A DNA stretch of 36,653 bases from Saprospiraceae bacterium. GTDB lineage: Bacteria; Bacteroidota; Bacteroidia; Chitinophagales; JAHQVX01. The stretch spans positions 1 through 36,653 of the forward strand of contig JAHQVX010000039.1 of the NCBI GenBank assembly GCA_019634125.1, read 5' to 3'. A program made the position numbers and the translations under genes. This document shows positions 1 to 9,309 of the stretch, piece by piece; the first letter of the stretch is position 1, and each line of letters begins with the position of its first letter. The notes beneath the pieces were generated by a model that was given only the letters and a program-made list of their open reading frames with translations, was not told the DNA's origin and searched no databases.

Positions 1-1669
1 CAAAGAGATTCAAATTAAAATGGCCCAAGGAGCCAAACCTGGGGAAGGTGGGCAATTGCCGGCTCATAAGGTAGATCCTTCTATTGCAAAGTGCCGGAAT
101 TCCACACCGTTTGTTGGACTCATCTCTCCACCGCCCCATCACGATATTTATTCGATTGAAGATTTGGCGCAATTAATTTACGACTTGAAATGTGCGAACC
201 GAAGTGCTCGGGTGAATGTAAAACTCGTGTCGGAAGTAGGTGTTGGAACCGTGGCGGCTGGAGTGGCCAAGGCCAAAGCCGATGTTATTTTGATTTCAGG
301 GTATGATGGTGGTACTGGTGCATCACCACTGACCTCTCTTAAGCATGCAGGTCTGCCCTGGGAATTAGGCATTGCAGAAGCGCAGCAAACCTTAGTCCTG
401 AATGATTTACGTGGTAGAGTCGTCTTGGAATGTGACGGACAGCTCAAAACAGGTAGGGATGTGGCTATCGCGTGTTTACTTGGTGCCGAAGAATTTGGTT
501 TCTCAACAGCTCCGTTAGTAGCAGCAGGTTGTATTATGATGCGTGCCTGTCATTTGAATACATGCCCAGTTGGTATTGCTACGCAAAACCCTGAGCTACG
601 GAAGAAATTTGAAGGCACGCCGGAGCACGTCATTAATTTCATGTATTTCGTGGCCGAAGAACTGCGTCAAATCATGGCTCAACTTGGCTTCCGCAGTGTG
701 CGAGAAATGATAGGACAAAGCCAAAAGTTAGATTATAAACCGGCATTGGAGCACTATAAAGCAGCTGGTCTGGACTTAAGTTCCATCTTATATCAACCAA
801 ATGTAGATGCTGAGGTCCCTGTTCGGAATGTAACCAATCAGAAGCATGATTACATTACGTCTTTGGATTTCAAAATTTTAGATCTAGCGCATCCTTCGAT
901 TTATCGTCAAACGCCTTCGGCGTTTGAATTGCCTATCAAGAACACAGATCGGGCTATCGGCGCCATCGTATCCAACGAAATTGCCAAGAAATACGGCGAA
1001 CAAGGCCTGCCAGAAGATACCTTGAAACTGTATTTCAAAGGATCGGCCGGACAGAGTTTTGGCGCCTTTTCCATTCATGGACTAACCATGCAAGTAGAAG
1101 GTAATACCAATGACTACATGGGCAAAGGATTGTCAGGTGCAAAACTGATTATTAAGAAGCCTAGTTTAGCCACGTTTAAAGCCGAAGACAACGTCATTAC
1201 AGGAAATGTGGCGCTGTATGGGGCAACATCCGGCGAAGCATATGTGAATGGCTTGGCTGGGGAACGATTCTGCGTTCGTAACTCTGGAGCAGTGGCCATT
1301 GCAGAAGGCGTTGGCGATCATGGCTGTGAGTACATGACAGGGGGCTTAGCCGTAATTCTGGGCCCAACAGGTAGAAACTTCGCAGCAGGCATGAGTGGAG
1401 GAATTGCCTATGTCTACGACCCGAAAGGAAACTTTTGGGAGTATCGATGCAATCAAGAAATGGTCAACTTGGAAGCCCTCACTGATTCCGACGAAGAAGT
1501 GCTCCTTTCTATGATCAATAAGCATATTGCCTACACCGAAAGTGCATTGGCGAAATGGCACCTGAAAGAATGGGAAATCAATAGAGGCTTGTTTGTAAAA
1601 GTCATGCCAATTGAATACAAAAGAGCCTTGGAACAACTGGCTCAGCAAAATGAACTACAAAACGCATAA
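1..1669 (+). CDS. gltB: Glutamate synthase large subunit, C-terminal part (5' end outside the window)
   Basis: The frame is open from the window start ([20 protein letters not shown]). It has FMN-domain motifs [15 protein letters not shown] and [11 protein letters not shown], the 3Fe-4S motif [15 protein letters not shown], and C-terminal GXGXG repeats. Confidence 0.98.
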   Translation, partial: KEIQIKMAQGAKPGEGGQLPAHKVDPSIAKCRNSTPFVGLISPPPHHDIYSIEDLAQLIYDLKCANRSARVNVKLVSEVGVGTVAAGVAKAKADVILISGYDGGTGASPLTSLKHAGLPWELGIAEAQQTLVLNDLRGRVVLECDGQLKTGRDVAIACLLGAEEFGFSTAPLVAAGCIMMRACHLNTCPVGIATQNPELRKKFEGTPEHVINFMYFVAEELRQIMAQLGFRSVREMIGQSQKLDYKPALEHYKAAGLDLSSILYQPNVDAEVPVRNVTNQKHDYITSLDFKILDLAHPSIYRQTPSAFELPIKNTDRAIGAIVSNEIAKKYGEQGLPEDTLKLYFKGSAGQSFGAFSIHGLTMQVEGNTNDYMGKGLSGAKLIIKKPSLATFKAEDNVITGNVALYGATSGEAYVNGLAGERFCVRNSGAVAIAEGVGDHGCEYMTGGLAVILGPTGRNFAAGMSGGIAYVYDPKGNFWEYRCNQEMVNLEALTDSDEEVLLSMINKHIAYTESALAKWHLKEWEINRGLFVKVMPIEYKRALEQLAQQNELQNA

Positions 1670-1671
1670 GT

Positions 1672-3153
1672 ATGGGAAAGCTTACAGGATTTATGGAGAT
1701 TGGCCGTCAAACAGAGCGCAAGCGCTCTGTTCAAGACCGCATTAACGACTATAAGGAACTCTACGAACATTTACCCGATCAATCCTTGCAAGACCAAGCC
1801 GCTCGGTGCATGGACTGTGGTATTCCTTTTTGCCATAGTGGTTGTCCGCTGGGTAACCTCATTCCCGACTTCAACGATTTGGTATACAAAGAAGATTGGC
1901 AAGGCGCTTTAGAAGTCTTACATCGAACCAATAACTTCCCAGAATTCACTGGGCGACTGTGCCCTGCACCGTGCGAACATGCCTGTGTGCTTGGAATTAA
2001 TGCCGATCCGGTAGCTATTGAAACCATTGAGAAATACATCGTAGAGAAAGCCTTCGAAAAGGGTTGGATTACACCGCAATTGCCTGAACAACGAACCGGG
2101 AAAAAAGTAGCCATCATTGGAAGTGGCCCGGCCGGCCTGGCGGCCGGCCAGCAACTCAACAGAGCAGGCCATTCTGTAACCATCTTCGAGCGGGATGCTC
2201 AACCTGGCGGATTACTCCGCTACGGAGTGCCCGATTTTAAAATGGAAAAACACATCATCGATCGGCGATTAAAAGTCATGGAAGCTGAAGGGATTGCCTT
2301 TAAAACCAATGCCTATGTAGGCAAAAACGTAGCGATTAGCGAGCTCAAATCCTACGATGCCGTATTGTTGGCGAATGGAGCCACTGTGGGCCGAAAACTA
2401 CCTATTCCAGGTGCCGATGCTACGGGCGTGGTGCAGGCTATGCACTTCTTAAAACAGCAAAACAAGCGCGTAGAAGGCTCTGCGCCAATTGACACCAACA
2501 ATTATTATTCTTTGGAGGAAGAAGTCGTGGCAAAAGGCAAAAATGTTATCGTCATCGGTGGGGGAGATACAGGCAGTGATTGTATTGGAACCAGTATCCG
2601 ACAAGGTGCGAAAAGTGTGGTCAACTTTGAATTATTGGGTAAGCCGCCAGTAGCGCGCAGTGCCAGCACACCTTGGCCGTTATTTGCCCTTAAGATGAGT
2701 ACTAGTACGTCCCACGAAGAAGGTGCCGAGCGGAATTGGAGTATTCTAACGAAGGAGTTTTTAAAAGATGCCTCTGGCCAATTGACCGGCCTCAAAACCG
2801 TGGAAATTGAATGGATAACTGATGCCGAAACGGGCAAAGCCCGTTTCGAAGAAGTGGCAGATACTGAGAAAATATGGCCCTGCGACCTCGTCCTAATTGC
2901 CATTGGGTTTTCAGGGGTGGAGCCTACATTAGCCCAGCAATTAGGCGTAGAGCTCGACCCACGCGGCAATCAAAAAGCCAGTTTGAAGGATTATAAGACC
3001 AATCTCAAAGGCGTGTTCGCAGCCGGTGATAGCCGGCGAGGACAAAGTTTGATTGTCTGGGCGATTTCTGAAGGCCGCGAAGCGGCCTTTCATATCGATG
3101 AATACCTCATGGGCAAATCCTACTTGCCACAAAAAGGACAAGGCGATATCTAA
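1672..3153 (+). CDS. gltD: Glutamate synthase small subunit (NAD(P)H-dependent)
   Basis: RCMDCGIPFCHSGCP and GRLCPAPCE Fe-S motifs, GSGPAG and GGGDTG dinucleotide motifs; starts 2 nt after gltB. Confidence 0.97.
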   Translation: MGKLTGFMEIGRQTERKRSVQDRINDYKELYEHLPDQSLQDQAARCMDCGIPFCHSGCPLGNLIPDFNDLVYKEDWQGALEVLHRTNNFPEFTGRLCPAPCEHACVLGINADPVAIETIEKYIVEKAFEKGWITPQLPEQRTGKKVAIIGSGPAGLAAGQQLNRAGHSVTIFERDAQPGGLLRYGVPDFKMEKHIIDRRLKVMEAEGIAFKTNAYVGKNVAISELKSYDAVLLANGATVGRKLPIPGADATGVVQAMHFLKQQNKRVEGSAPIDTNNYYSLEEEVVAKGKNVIVIGGGDTGSDCIGTSIRQGAKSVVNFELLGKPPVARSASTPWPLFALKMSTSTSHEEGAERNWSILTKEFLKDASGQLTGLKTVEIEWITDAETGKARFEEVADTEKIWPCDLVLIAIGFSGVEPTLAQQLGVELDPRGNQKASLKDYKTNLKGVFAAGDSRRGQSLIVWAISEGREAAFHIDEYLMGKSYLPQKGQGDI

Positions 3154-3226
3154 CAAACACCAACTTCCTTAGTGTAGCCCTTACGTAATTTGATTTTTGA
3201 TTCTGCGTCAAAGTAGCATTACTCCA

Positions 3227-3254
3227 TGTAACTTTGAGCCAACTAGAACGTCTA
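3227..3254 (+). promoter_or_regulatory. Putative ECF-sigma promoter TGTAAC-N16-CGTCTA
   Basis: AAC (-35) and CGT (-10) cores at 16-nt spacing, about 30 nt upstream of the M16 peptidase start; a similar motif occurs at 18002-18029. Confidence 0.5.
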
Positions 3255-3283
3255 GTTAGCATCTTTTAAACCAAAAATCATCT

Positions 3284-4618
3284 ATGAAGTTCAAGTACTT
3301 TCTTCCGGTAGTAGCCCTGTTTTTCGCATTTTCTGCTTCTGCCCAGCAAGTCGAGTTCGTGGAATATGACCTAGATAATGGCCTCCATGTAATTCTACAT
3401 CAAGACAATAGTAACCCAATCGTAGCCGTCTCTGTGCTTTACCACGTCGGCTCTAAAAACGAAAAAGAAGGCCGAACAGGCTTTGCGCATTTTTTTGAAC
3501 ACCTCCTCTTCGAAGGATCTGAAAATATAGATCGAGGAGAGTTCGATAAGTACGTGTCCTCAGCTGGAGGCGTCAACAATGCCAATACCTCTACAGATAG
3601 AACGTATTATTATGAATTGTTCCCATCGAACCAATTAGCACTTGGACTATGGTTAGAAAGCGAGCGCATGCTGCACGCAAAAGTCGATAATAAAGGCATT
3701 GAAACCCAACGTGAAGTCGTAAAGGAAGAAAAACGACTTCGAGTGGATAATCAACCCTACATGCAAGCCATATTCACTGATATCCCTGCTCAGCTCTACA
3801 AAAAACATCCATACAAGCACTCTGTAATCGGATCGATGGAAGATCTAAATGCTGCACAAGAAGAAGACTACAAAGAATTCTATGCCACGTATTATGTGCC
3901 AAACAATGCAACATTATCCATTGCAGGCGATATTGATATTGAACAAGCCAAGAAGCTCATTAGTGATTACTTCTCTGATATCCCAGCCGGAACCACAGAA
4001 ATTCCAAGACCAAACGTTGTGGAAGATCCGATCACAACTCAAGTAGTGGATACACTCTACGATAAAAATGTTCAGATCCCTGCAGTGCTTTATGCTTACA
4101 GAACACCAAAGCAAACAGATAAAGACGCCTATACACTACAAATCATTTCTTCTGTTTTGTCAGATGGTCAAAGTTCCCGCTTTGTGAAGAATATCGTAAA
4201 TGATAAAAAATTAGCACTAGCCAGTGGATCATTTCTGAATGCCCAAGAAGACTACGGAAGCTTCATTATCTACGGCTTAATTAATCAAGGGGTAGAAGTA
4301 GAAGAATTGGCCGCGGCAATGGATGAAGAAATAGTAAAGTTGCAAGAGAATGGAATTACCGAGCGTGAACTGCAGAAGCAAATCAACAACTTGGAAAAAC
4401 AATTCATTCAAAGCAATCGATCTATGGCAGGGATTGCCGAATCTCTAGCCGATTATCACGTCTATTTTGGCGACGCCAACCTCATTAATACCGAGTTAGA
4501 TCGCTACCGTGAAATCACCGTAGAAGATGTGAAACGTGTAGCCAAACAATATTTAAAATCCAACCAGCGTGTAAGCTCAACGGTTTACCCTGGAGATGAT
4601 TCAAAAACTTCAAACTAA
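3284..4618 (+). CDS. M16B (pitrilysin/insulinase family) zinc peptidase, catalytic subunit, exported
   Basis: Inverted zinc motif HFFEH, NANTSTDRTYY and REVVKEE motifs; Sec signal peptide ending ASA|Q. Confidence 0.93.
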   Translation: MKFKYFLPVVALFFAFSASAQQVEFVEYDLDNGLHVILHQDNSNPIVAVSVLYHVGSKNEKEGRTGFAHFFEHLLFEGSENIDRGEFDKYVSSAGGVNNANTSTDRTYYYELFPSNQLALGLWLESERMLHAKVDNKGIETQREVVKEEKRLRVDNQPYMQAIFTDIPAQLYKKHPYKHSVIGSMEDLNAAQEEDYKEFYATYYVPNNATLSIAGDIDIEQAKKLISDYFSDIPAGTTEIPRPNVVEDPITTQVVDTLYDKNVQIPAVLYAYRTPKQTDKDAYTLQIISSVLSDGQSSRFVKNIVNDKKLALASGSFLNAQEDYGSFIIYGLINQGVEVEELAAAMDEEIVKLQENGITERELQKQINNLEKQFIQSNRSMAGIAESLADYHVYFGDANLINTELDRYREITVEDVKRVAKQYLKSNQRVSSTVYPGDDSKTSN

Positions 4619-4625
4619 GCCGAAA

Positions 4626-6698
4626 ATGAAAAAGAGTTTATTAAGTATCCTATTTATAGTTTTTGGATGTGCTGTGTTTGCTCAAGTAGATCGCACAAAA
4701 GCTCCTGAACCAGGCCCCGCTCCCATTATTAATCTAGATGAACCTCAATCGTTTACCTTAAAAAACGGCTTGACCGTAATTGTAGTCGAGAATAACAAAT
4801 TGCCTACGGTAAATATGAACCTCTTCTTTGATGTTCCGCCTTTTGTGGAGGGAGACAAAGCAGGGGTTACTGAGTTTTTTGGATCATTACTTCGTGCAGG
4901 TACTGAAAATTACACTAAAGAAGCGTTAGATGAAGAGTTAGATTACAACGGCATCGACCTTTTTGCCGGTTCTCAATCGATTGGAATTTCAACCCTGAAG
5001 AAACGCCTACCAACTGCTGTTTCTTTAATGAAAGAAGTGTTGTTCAACCCCACGTTCGATAACCAAGGCGAGCTAGATAAATTGGTGACTCAAAGCATTA
5101 CGGGCTTGAAATCTGCAGAAAAGAACCCAGATGCCATTATGGGTAGAGTGAATGCCGCGGTGACTTATGGAACGGATCATCCTTGGGGAGAATATGCCAC
5201 TGAAGAAACGTATCAGAATATCACATTAAACGATATTAAGACGCATTACAACACCTACTTTAAGCCGAATATTGGCTACCTAACGATTGTAGGAGATGTG
5301 ACATTCAAAGAAGCCAAAAAGCTGGTGAAAAAGAACTTTAAAAAATGGAAGCCAGGTGAAATTCCTGCTTTTGAGTATGCTGTGCCTGAAAACCCAGGCA
5401 ATGCTGAGATTGCTCTGATCGATCTGCCAACAGCTACCCAGTCGAACATTTTTGTGACCAACGTGCAAGACTTAAAGAAGGCAGAAGGCGATTACTTTGC
5501 TGCTTTACTTGGGAATCATGTGCTAGGCGGAAGTAGCTTCGCCAAACTCTTTTTGAATTTGAGAGAAGATAAAGGATACACTTACGGAGCTTATTCTTCT
5601 CTAGATAATGATCATAGGATGCGCAGTACGTTTACGGCTTCTGCAAAAGTGCGAAATGAAGTCACCGACAGCTCTTTGATGGAATTTTATGAAGAGTTGA
5701 ACGCGATTGTAAATAAGCCGTTAACTAAAGAGGATTTGAAAATTGCAAAGAGCGAACGCACTGGGCGGTTTGCACTTGGCCTAGAAAATCCATCGACTTT
5801 AGCGACCTACGCACGTACCATCTTTAGAGAGGATTTAGATGGCAACTTCTATTCGAATTACCTGAAAGCATTAAACGATGTTTCGGCTTCGGATGTGCAA
5901 AAAGCTATGCAACGTTATATCAAGCCCCAAAATTCTCGGGTATTTATCGTTGGGAAAGCCGCAGATATCCTACCGGATTTGCAAGCTATGGGTATGCCGA
6001 TTAAGTTTTATGACATCTATGGAAATGAAACGGGCGATCCGACCCAAAAAGTAGATGTGGGTGATGTTACTGCAGAAGCCATTTTAGGAAAGTACTTAGA
6101 TGCTATGGGCGGTAAAGAAAAGCTTGAAGCGGTGCAAACCATGCACATGACTTACGGCAGCTTTATTCAAGGATTAGATATTACTATCGATATGAAGGCC
6201 ATGGTGCCGAATAAGACTAGTTTAGTGGTTTCTGCACCTGGAATGGGTGAGTTGCAAACCATGAAGTTTGATGGAACCAAAGGAAGCATAGGCGGAATGC
6301 AAGGAAGTGCAGAGTTTGATGAGAAACAAAATATGGATACCGCTGCACGACATGCTATGTTCCCTGAATTAACGTTCGTTGAGAATTTGGAAAATGTTCA
6401 AGTAGATAATATCGTAGAAGTAGATGGCCAGAAGGCGTATAAGCTTTTGTTCTCTTTGCCTAGCGGATTAGAAGAAGAGCGCTATTATAATGTAGACTCT
6501 GGACTTCTGGTGAAAACAGTAACTGTTGCAGAATCCCAAGGCCAACAAATGATCTCTACTTCGATTATAAGTGACTATAAGGCTATTGAAGGCATCATGA
6601 CACCACATAAAATGGTCACAGAAACGGGAGGCATGGTCATCGACATGAGCTTGGTAAAAGGGACCTTCGATGAAGGAGTAACTGAGGCCGATTTCTAA
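4626..6698 (+). CDS. M16B peptidase non-catalytic partner subunit with an extra C-terminal beta-rich domain, exported
   Basis: M16 fold without HxxEH; LREDKGYTY R/Y pair; signal peptide MKKSLL...VFA|Q puts the start at 4626; about 215-aa C-terminal extension (ILGKYLDAMGGKEKL...YKAIEGIMTPH). Confidence 0.88.
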   Translation: MKKSLLSILFIVFGCAVFAQVDRTKAPEPGPAPIINLDEPQSFTLKNGLTVIVVENNKLPTVNMNLFFDVPPFVEGDKAGVTEFFGSLLRAGTENYTKEALDEELDYNGIDLFAGSQSIGISTLKKRLPTAVSLMKEVLFNPTFDNQGELDKLVTQSITGLKSAEKNPDAIMGRVNAAVTYGTDHPWGEYATEETYQNITLNDIKTHYNTYFKPNIGYLTIVGDVTFKEAKKLVKKNFKKWKPGEIPAFEYAVPENPGNAEIALIDLPTATQSNIFVTNVQDLKKAEGDYFAALLGNHVLGGSSFAKLFLNLREDKGYTYGAYSSLDNDHRMRSTFTASAKVRNEVTDSSLMEFYEELNAIVNKPLTKEDLKIAKSERTGRFALGLENPSTLATYARTIFREDLDGNFYSNYLKALNDVSASDVQKAMQRYIKPQNSRVFIVGKAADILPDLQAMGMPIKFYDIYGNETGDPTQKVDVGDVTAEAILGKYLDAMGGKEKLEAVQTMHMTYGSFIQGLDITIDMKAMVPNKTSLVVSAPGMGELQTMKFDGTKGSIGGMQGSAEFDEKQNMDTAARHAMFPELTFVENLENVQVDNIVEVDGQKAYKLLFSLPSGLEEERYYNVDSGLLVKTVTVAESQGQQMISTSIISDYKAIEGIMTPHKMVTETGGMVIDMSLVKGTFDEGVTEADF

Positions 6699-6725
6699 GA
6701 TACTTAGTGTTTGTTTGACACCTTG

Positions 6726-6760
6726 AAACCCGCTCAGCGAGCCAGCTGAGCGGGTTTTTA
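6726..6760 (+). terminator. Rho-independent terminator
   Basis: AAACCCGCTCAGC-gagcca-GCTGAGCGGGTTT hairpin followed by T residues, just after the M16 operon. Confidence 0.9.
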
Positions 6761-6793
6761 TTTGCAAGTCCGATTAAGAAATTATTAACTTAG
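6761..6793 (+). promoter_or_regulatory. Bacteroidota housekeeping-sigma promoter (-33 TTTG, -7 TAACTTAG)
   Basis: TTTG-N21-TAACTTAG, one mismatch to TAnnTTTG, ending 17 nt upstream of the acyl-CoA synthetase ATG. Confidence 0.5.
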
Positions 6794-6810
6794 CCCAACT
6801 ACACATTTTT

Positions 6811-8577
6811 ATGAAAGACTTTACTAGACTGTTTGACATTTTGCATTATCAAAATGCCAACTTTCCTCAAGAGATTTGCCTTGCGGGAAAAAATCAAGGG
6901 AATTGGACCAAGTATTCAACTCAACAAGTCGTAGATGCTACGAATCAACTCAGCTTAGGCTTGATGAAATATGGCATCCAGCCTGGAGATAAAATAGGAA
7001 TAATCTCAACCAACAACCGACCAGAATGGAATTTTGTTGATTTAGCCACGTTGCAAATTGGCGCCGTAGATGTGCCGATTTATCCAACGATCAGCCCTTC
7101 GGACTATCAATACATCATGAACGATGCAAAAGTGCGTCTTGTATTCGTGTCGGATGTTGAAGTGCTCGAGAAAGTGAATTCGATTCGCGATCAAGTGCCT
7201 TCCCTCGAGAACGTATATATGTTTGATCAAGTAGATGGAGTACCGCATTACTCAGAAATTTCCAATATGGGCGACGACAGCCTTGTTGCGGAATTAGAAG
7301 CGCGTAAGGCCGCCATCGATCCGATGGAACTGGCCACTCTTATCTATACTTCTGGTACTACAGGTAAGCCTAAAGGCGTCATGCTTTCACACAATAATAT
7401 TGTGGAGAATACCAAGGCTACAACTAAAGATTTACCACTGAAAAGTGGGAATGTAGTATTAAGCTTCTTACCGCTTTGCCACATTTTTGAGCGAATGGTA
7501 ACCTATTCCTACTTAGCTAGAGGGGCTCAAATCCATTACGCGGAAAGTATTGAAACTATTGGAGATAATTTAAAAGAGGTTTCGCCGCACTTCTTTACCG
7601 CAGTGCCGAGACTTTTAGAGAAAGTATTTGAAAAGATTGTCAACAAAGGCCTCGATCTCAAAGGTGTTAAGCGTGGATTGTTTTTCTGGGCATTGGATTT
7701 AGGCATGCAGTTCGACTGGCGAGAAAAGAAAAGCTGGTGGTACAATACCAAGTTAAAAATTGCCAATAAACTCATCTTTAGTAAGTGGCGTGAAGCGCTT
7801 GGTGGACGCGTTCAAGGTATTGTAACGGGTTCTGCTCCGCTTCAGCCAAGATTGGCGAAAGTATTTTCTGCGGGTCAAATTCCTGTTCGTGAAGGCTATG
7901 GATTAACAGAAACTTCACCGGTATTGACTTATAACCGATTCCAAGATGACAATGCCATGATCGGTACAGTGGGTATTCCTTTAGAGAATGTAGAGATTAA
8001 GTTGGACACCGATGGTGAGATTTTGGCCAAAGGGCCAAATGTCATGATGGGCTATTACAACCGACCAGATGCCACCGCAGATGTGATGACTGAAGACGGT
8101 TGGTTTAGAACGGGTGATATTGGCGAAATGATAGAAGGGAAATTCCTGAAGATTACCGACCGAAAGAAACAGTTAATGAAAACTTCAAATGGTAAGTATG
8201 TCGCGCCACAACCGATTGAAGAGAAATTTAAAGAGAGTATGCTCATTGAACAGATGATGGTCGTGGCGGAAGGCAAGAAGTTTGTATCTGCGCTGATTGT
8301 ACCTTCTTTCCAGAATTTAACCGATTGGTGCGAAACGAAAGGCAAACAATTTGCCTCTATCGCTGATATGATTGGCGACGATATGGTGAAAAAGAAATTT
8401 GATGAGCTATGTGCGGAGTTCAATCCGAACTTTAGTAAGACGGAGCAAATCAAAAAGTATAAGCTCTTACCCAAAGAATTTACTGTTGAAGACGGTGAAT
8501 TAACACCAACCATGAAGGTAAAGCGTAAAATTATTACAGAGAAGTACAACGATGTAATCGAGAGTATTTACGCTTAA
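6811..8577 (+). CDS. fadD: Long-chain fatty acid--CoA ligase (AMP-dependent synthetase)
   Basis: YTSGTTGKPKG AMP-binding motif, EGYGLTET, and the DGWFRTGDIG...ITDRKK fatty acyl-CoA synthetase signature. Confidence 0.9.
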   Translation: MKDFTRLFDILHYQNANFPQEICLAGKNQGNWTKYSTQQVVDATNQLSLGLMKYGIQPGDKIGIISTNNRPEWNFVDLATLQIGAVDVPIYPTISPSDYQYIMNDAKVRLVFVSDVEVLEKVNSIRDQVPSLENVYMFDQVDGVPHYSEISNMGDDSLVAELEARKAAIDPMELATLIYTSGTTGKPKGVMLSHNNIVENTKATTKDLPLKSGNVVLSFLPLCHIFERMVTYSYLARGAQIHYAESIETIGDNLKEVSPHFFTAVPRLLEKVFEKIVNKGLDLKGVKRGLFFWALDLGMQFDWREKKSWWYNTKLKIANKLIFSKWREALGGRVQGIVTGSAPLQPRLAKVFSAGQIPVREGYGLTETSPVLTYNRFQDDNAMIGTVGIPLENVEIKLDTDGEILAKGPNVMMGYYNRPDATADVMTEDGWFRTGDIGEMIEGKFLKITDRKKQLMKTSNGKYVAPQPIEEKFKESMLIEQMMVVAEGKKFVSALIVPSFQNLTDWCETKGKQFASIADMIGDDMVKKKFDELCAEFNPNFSKTEQIKKYKLLPKEFTVEDGELTPTMKVKRKIITEKYNDVIESIYA

Positions 8578-8595
8578 TCGTTTTTAAAAAGAGTC

Positions 8596-8628
8596 AAACC
8601 ACCCCGGCTTAGCCGGGGTGGTTTTTTT
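8596..8628 (+). terminator. Rho-independent terminator
   Basis: 13-bp stem AAACCACCCCGGC-tta-GCCGGGGTGGTTT plus a T tract. Confidence 0.92.
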
Positions 8629-8639
8629 ACGTCCAATCA

Positions 8640-8669
8640 TTTATTTTACCAAACGGTTGGTCAAATAAA
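8640..8669. promoter_or_regulatory. Putative TetR operator (30-bp imperfect palindrome)
   Basis: TTTATTTTACCAAACGGTTGGTCAAATAAA is self-complementary except for two mismatched pairs and lies 43 nt upstream of the tetR gene. Confidence 0.7.
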
Positions 8670-8712
8670 AATATTTTCGCTAATTTTAAGGCCAGAATAG
8701 AGAAGTAAGTAT

Positions 8713-9291
8713 ATGCCGAAGCAGAAAACAGACCCTCAAGAAATTGTGAAATCAGCCTTAAATATCTTTCTAGAGAAAGGCTATCACAATACATCTATGG
8801 CAGATATTGCCAACGAAACAGGACTCCTTAAAGGAAGCCTATATCACCACTTTAAAGGAAAAGAAGACCTCATGAAAGCCGTTATTAGCAGTATTCATGA
8901 ATGGTATAAAAGAGAAATCTTTACCATTAAAGATGAAAAAACATTTTCCACCGATCAAAAAATCCAAGCCCTTATCAAGGCTTCGGAAGAAATCTTCTTC
9001 AATAGAAGAGGCGGGAACTTCATGACGAATATCGCCCTCGAAACATTAAACGTGGTTCCAGAGTTTACCGCTATGTTCCGGGCCTTCTTTAGAGATTGGA
9101 TCCATTGTGTGAAAACCGTCTATGCAGAAGTCTTCCCAGAAGATGAAGCAGAACAACTGGCCCACCAATCAATTTCTGAAATTGAAGGAGCTGTCGTTAT
9201 GATGGAACTCTTCAACGATAAAAACTATTTACGCAGAGCGCATAAGCGCATTTACAACCGCTTTAAATCCCTCTCTAGCGTCACTAAATAA
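8713..9291 (+). CDS. TetR/AcrR family transcriptional regulator, first gene of the beta-oxidation operon
   Basis: N-terminal HTH KGYHNTSMADIANETGLLKGSLYHHFKGKEDL. Confidence 0.95.
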   Translation: MPKQKTDPQEIVKSALNIFLEKGYHNTSMADIANETGLLKGSLYHHFKGKEDLMKAVISSIHEWYKREIFTIKDEKTFSTDQKIQALIKASEEIFFNRRGGNFMTNIALETLNVVPEFTAMFRAFFRDWIHCVKTVYAEVFPEDEAEQLAHQSISEIEGAVVMMELFNDKNYLRRAHKRIYNRFKSLSSVTK

Positions 9292-9309
9292 TTAAACACC
9301 TAAGGCTAA

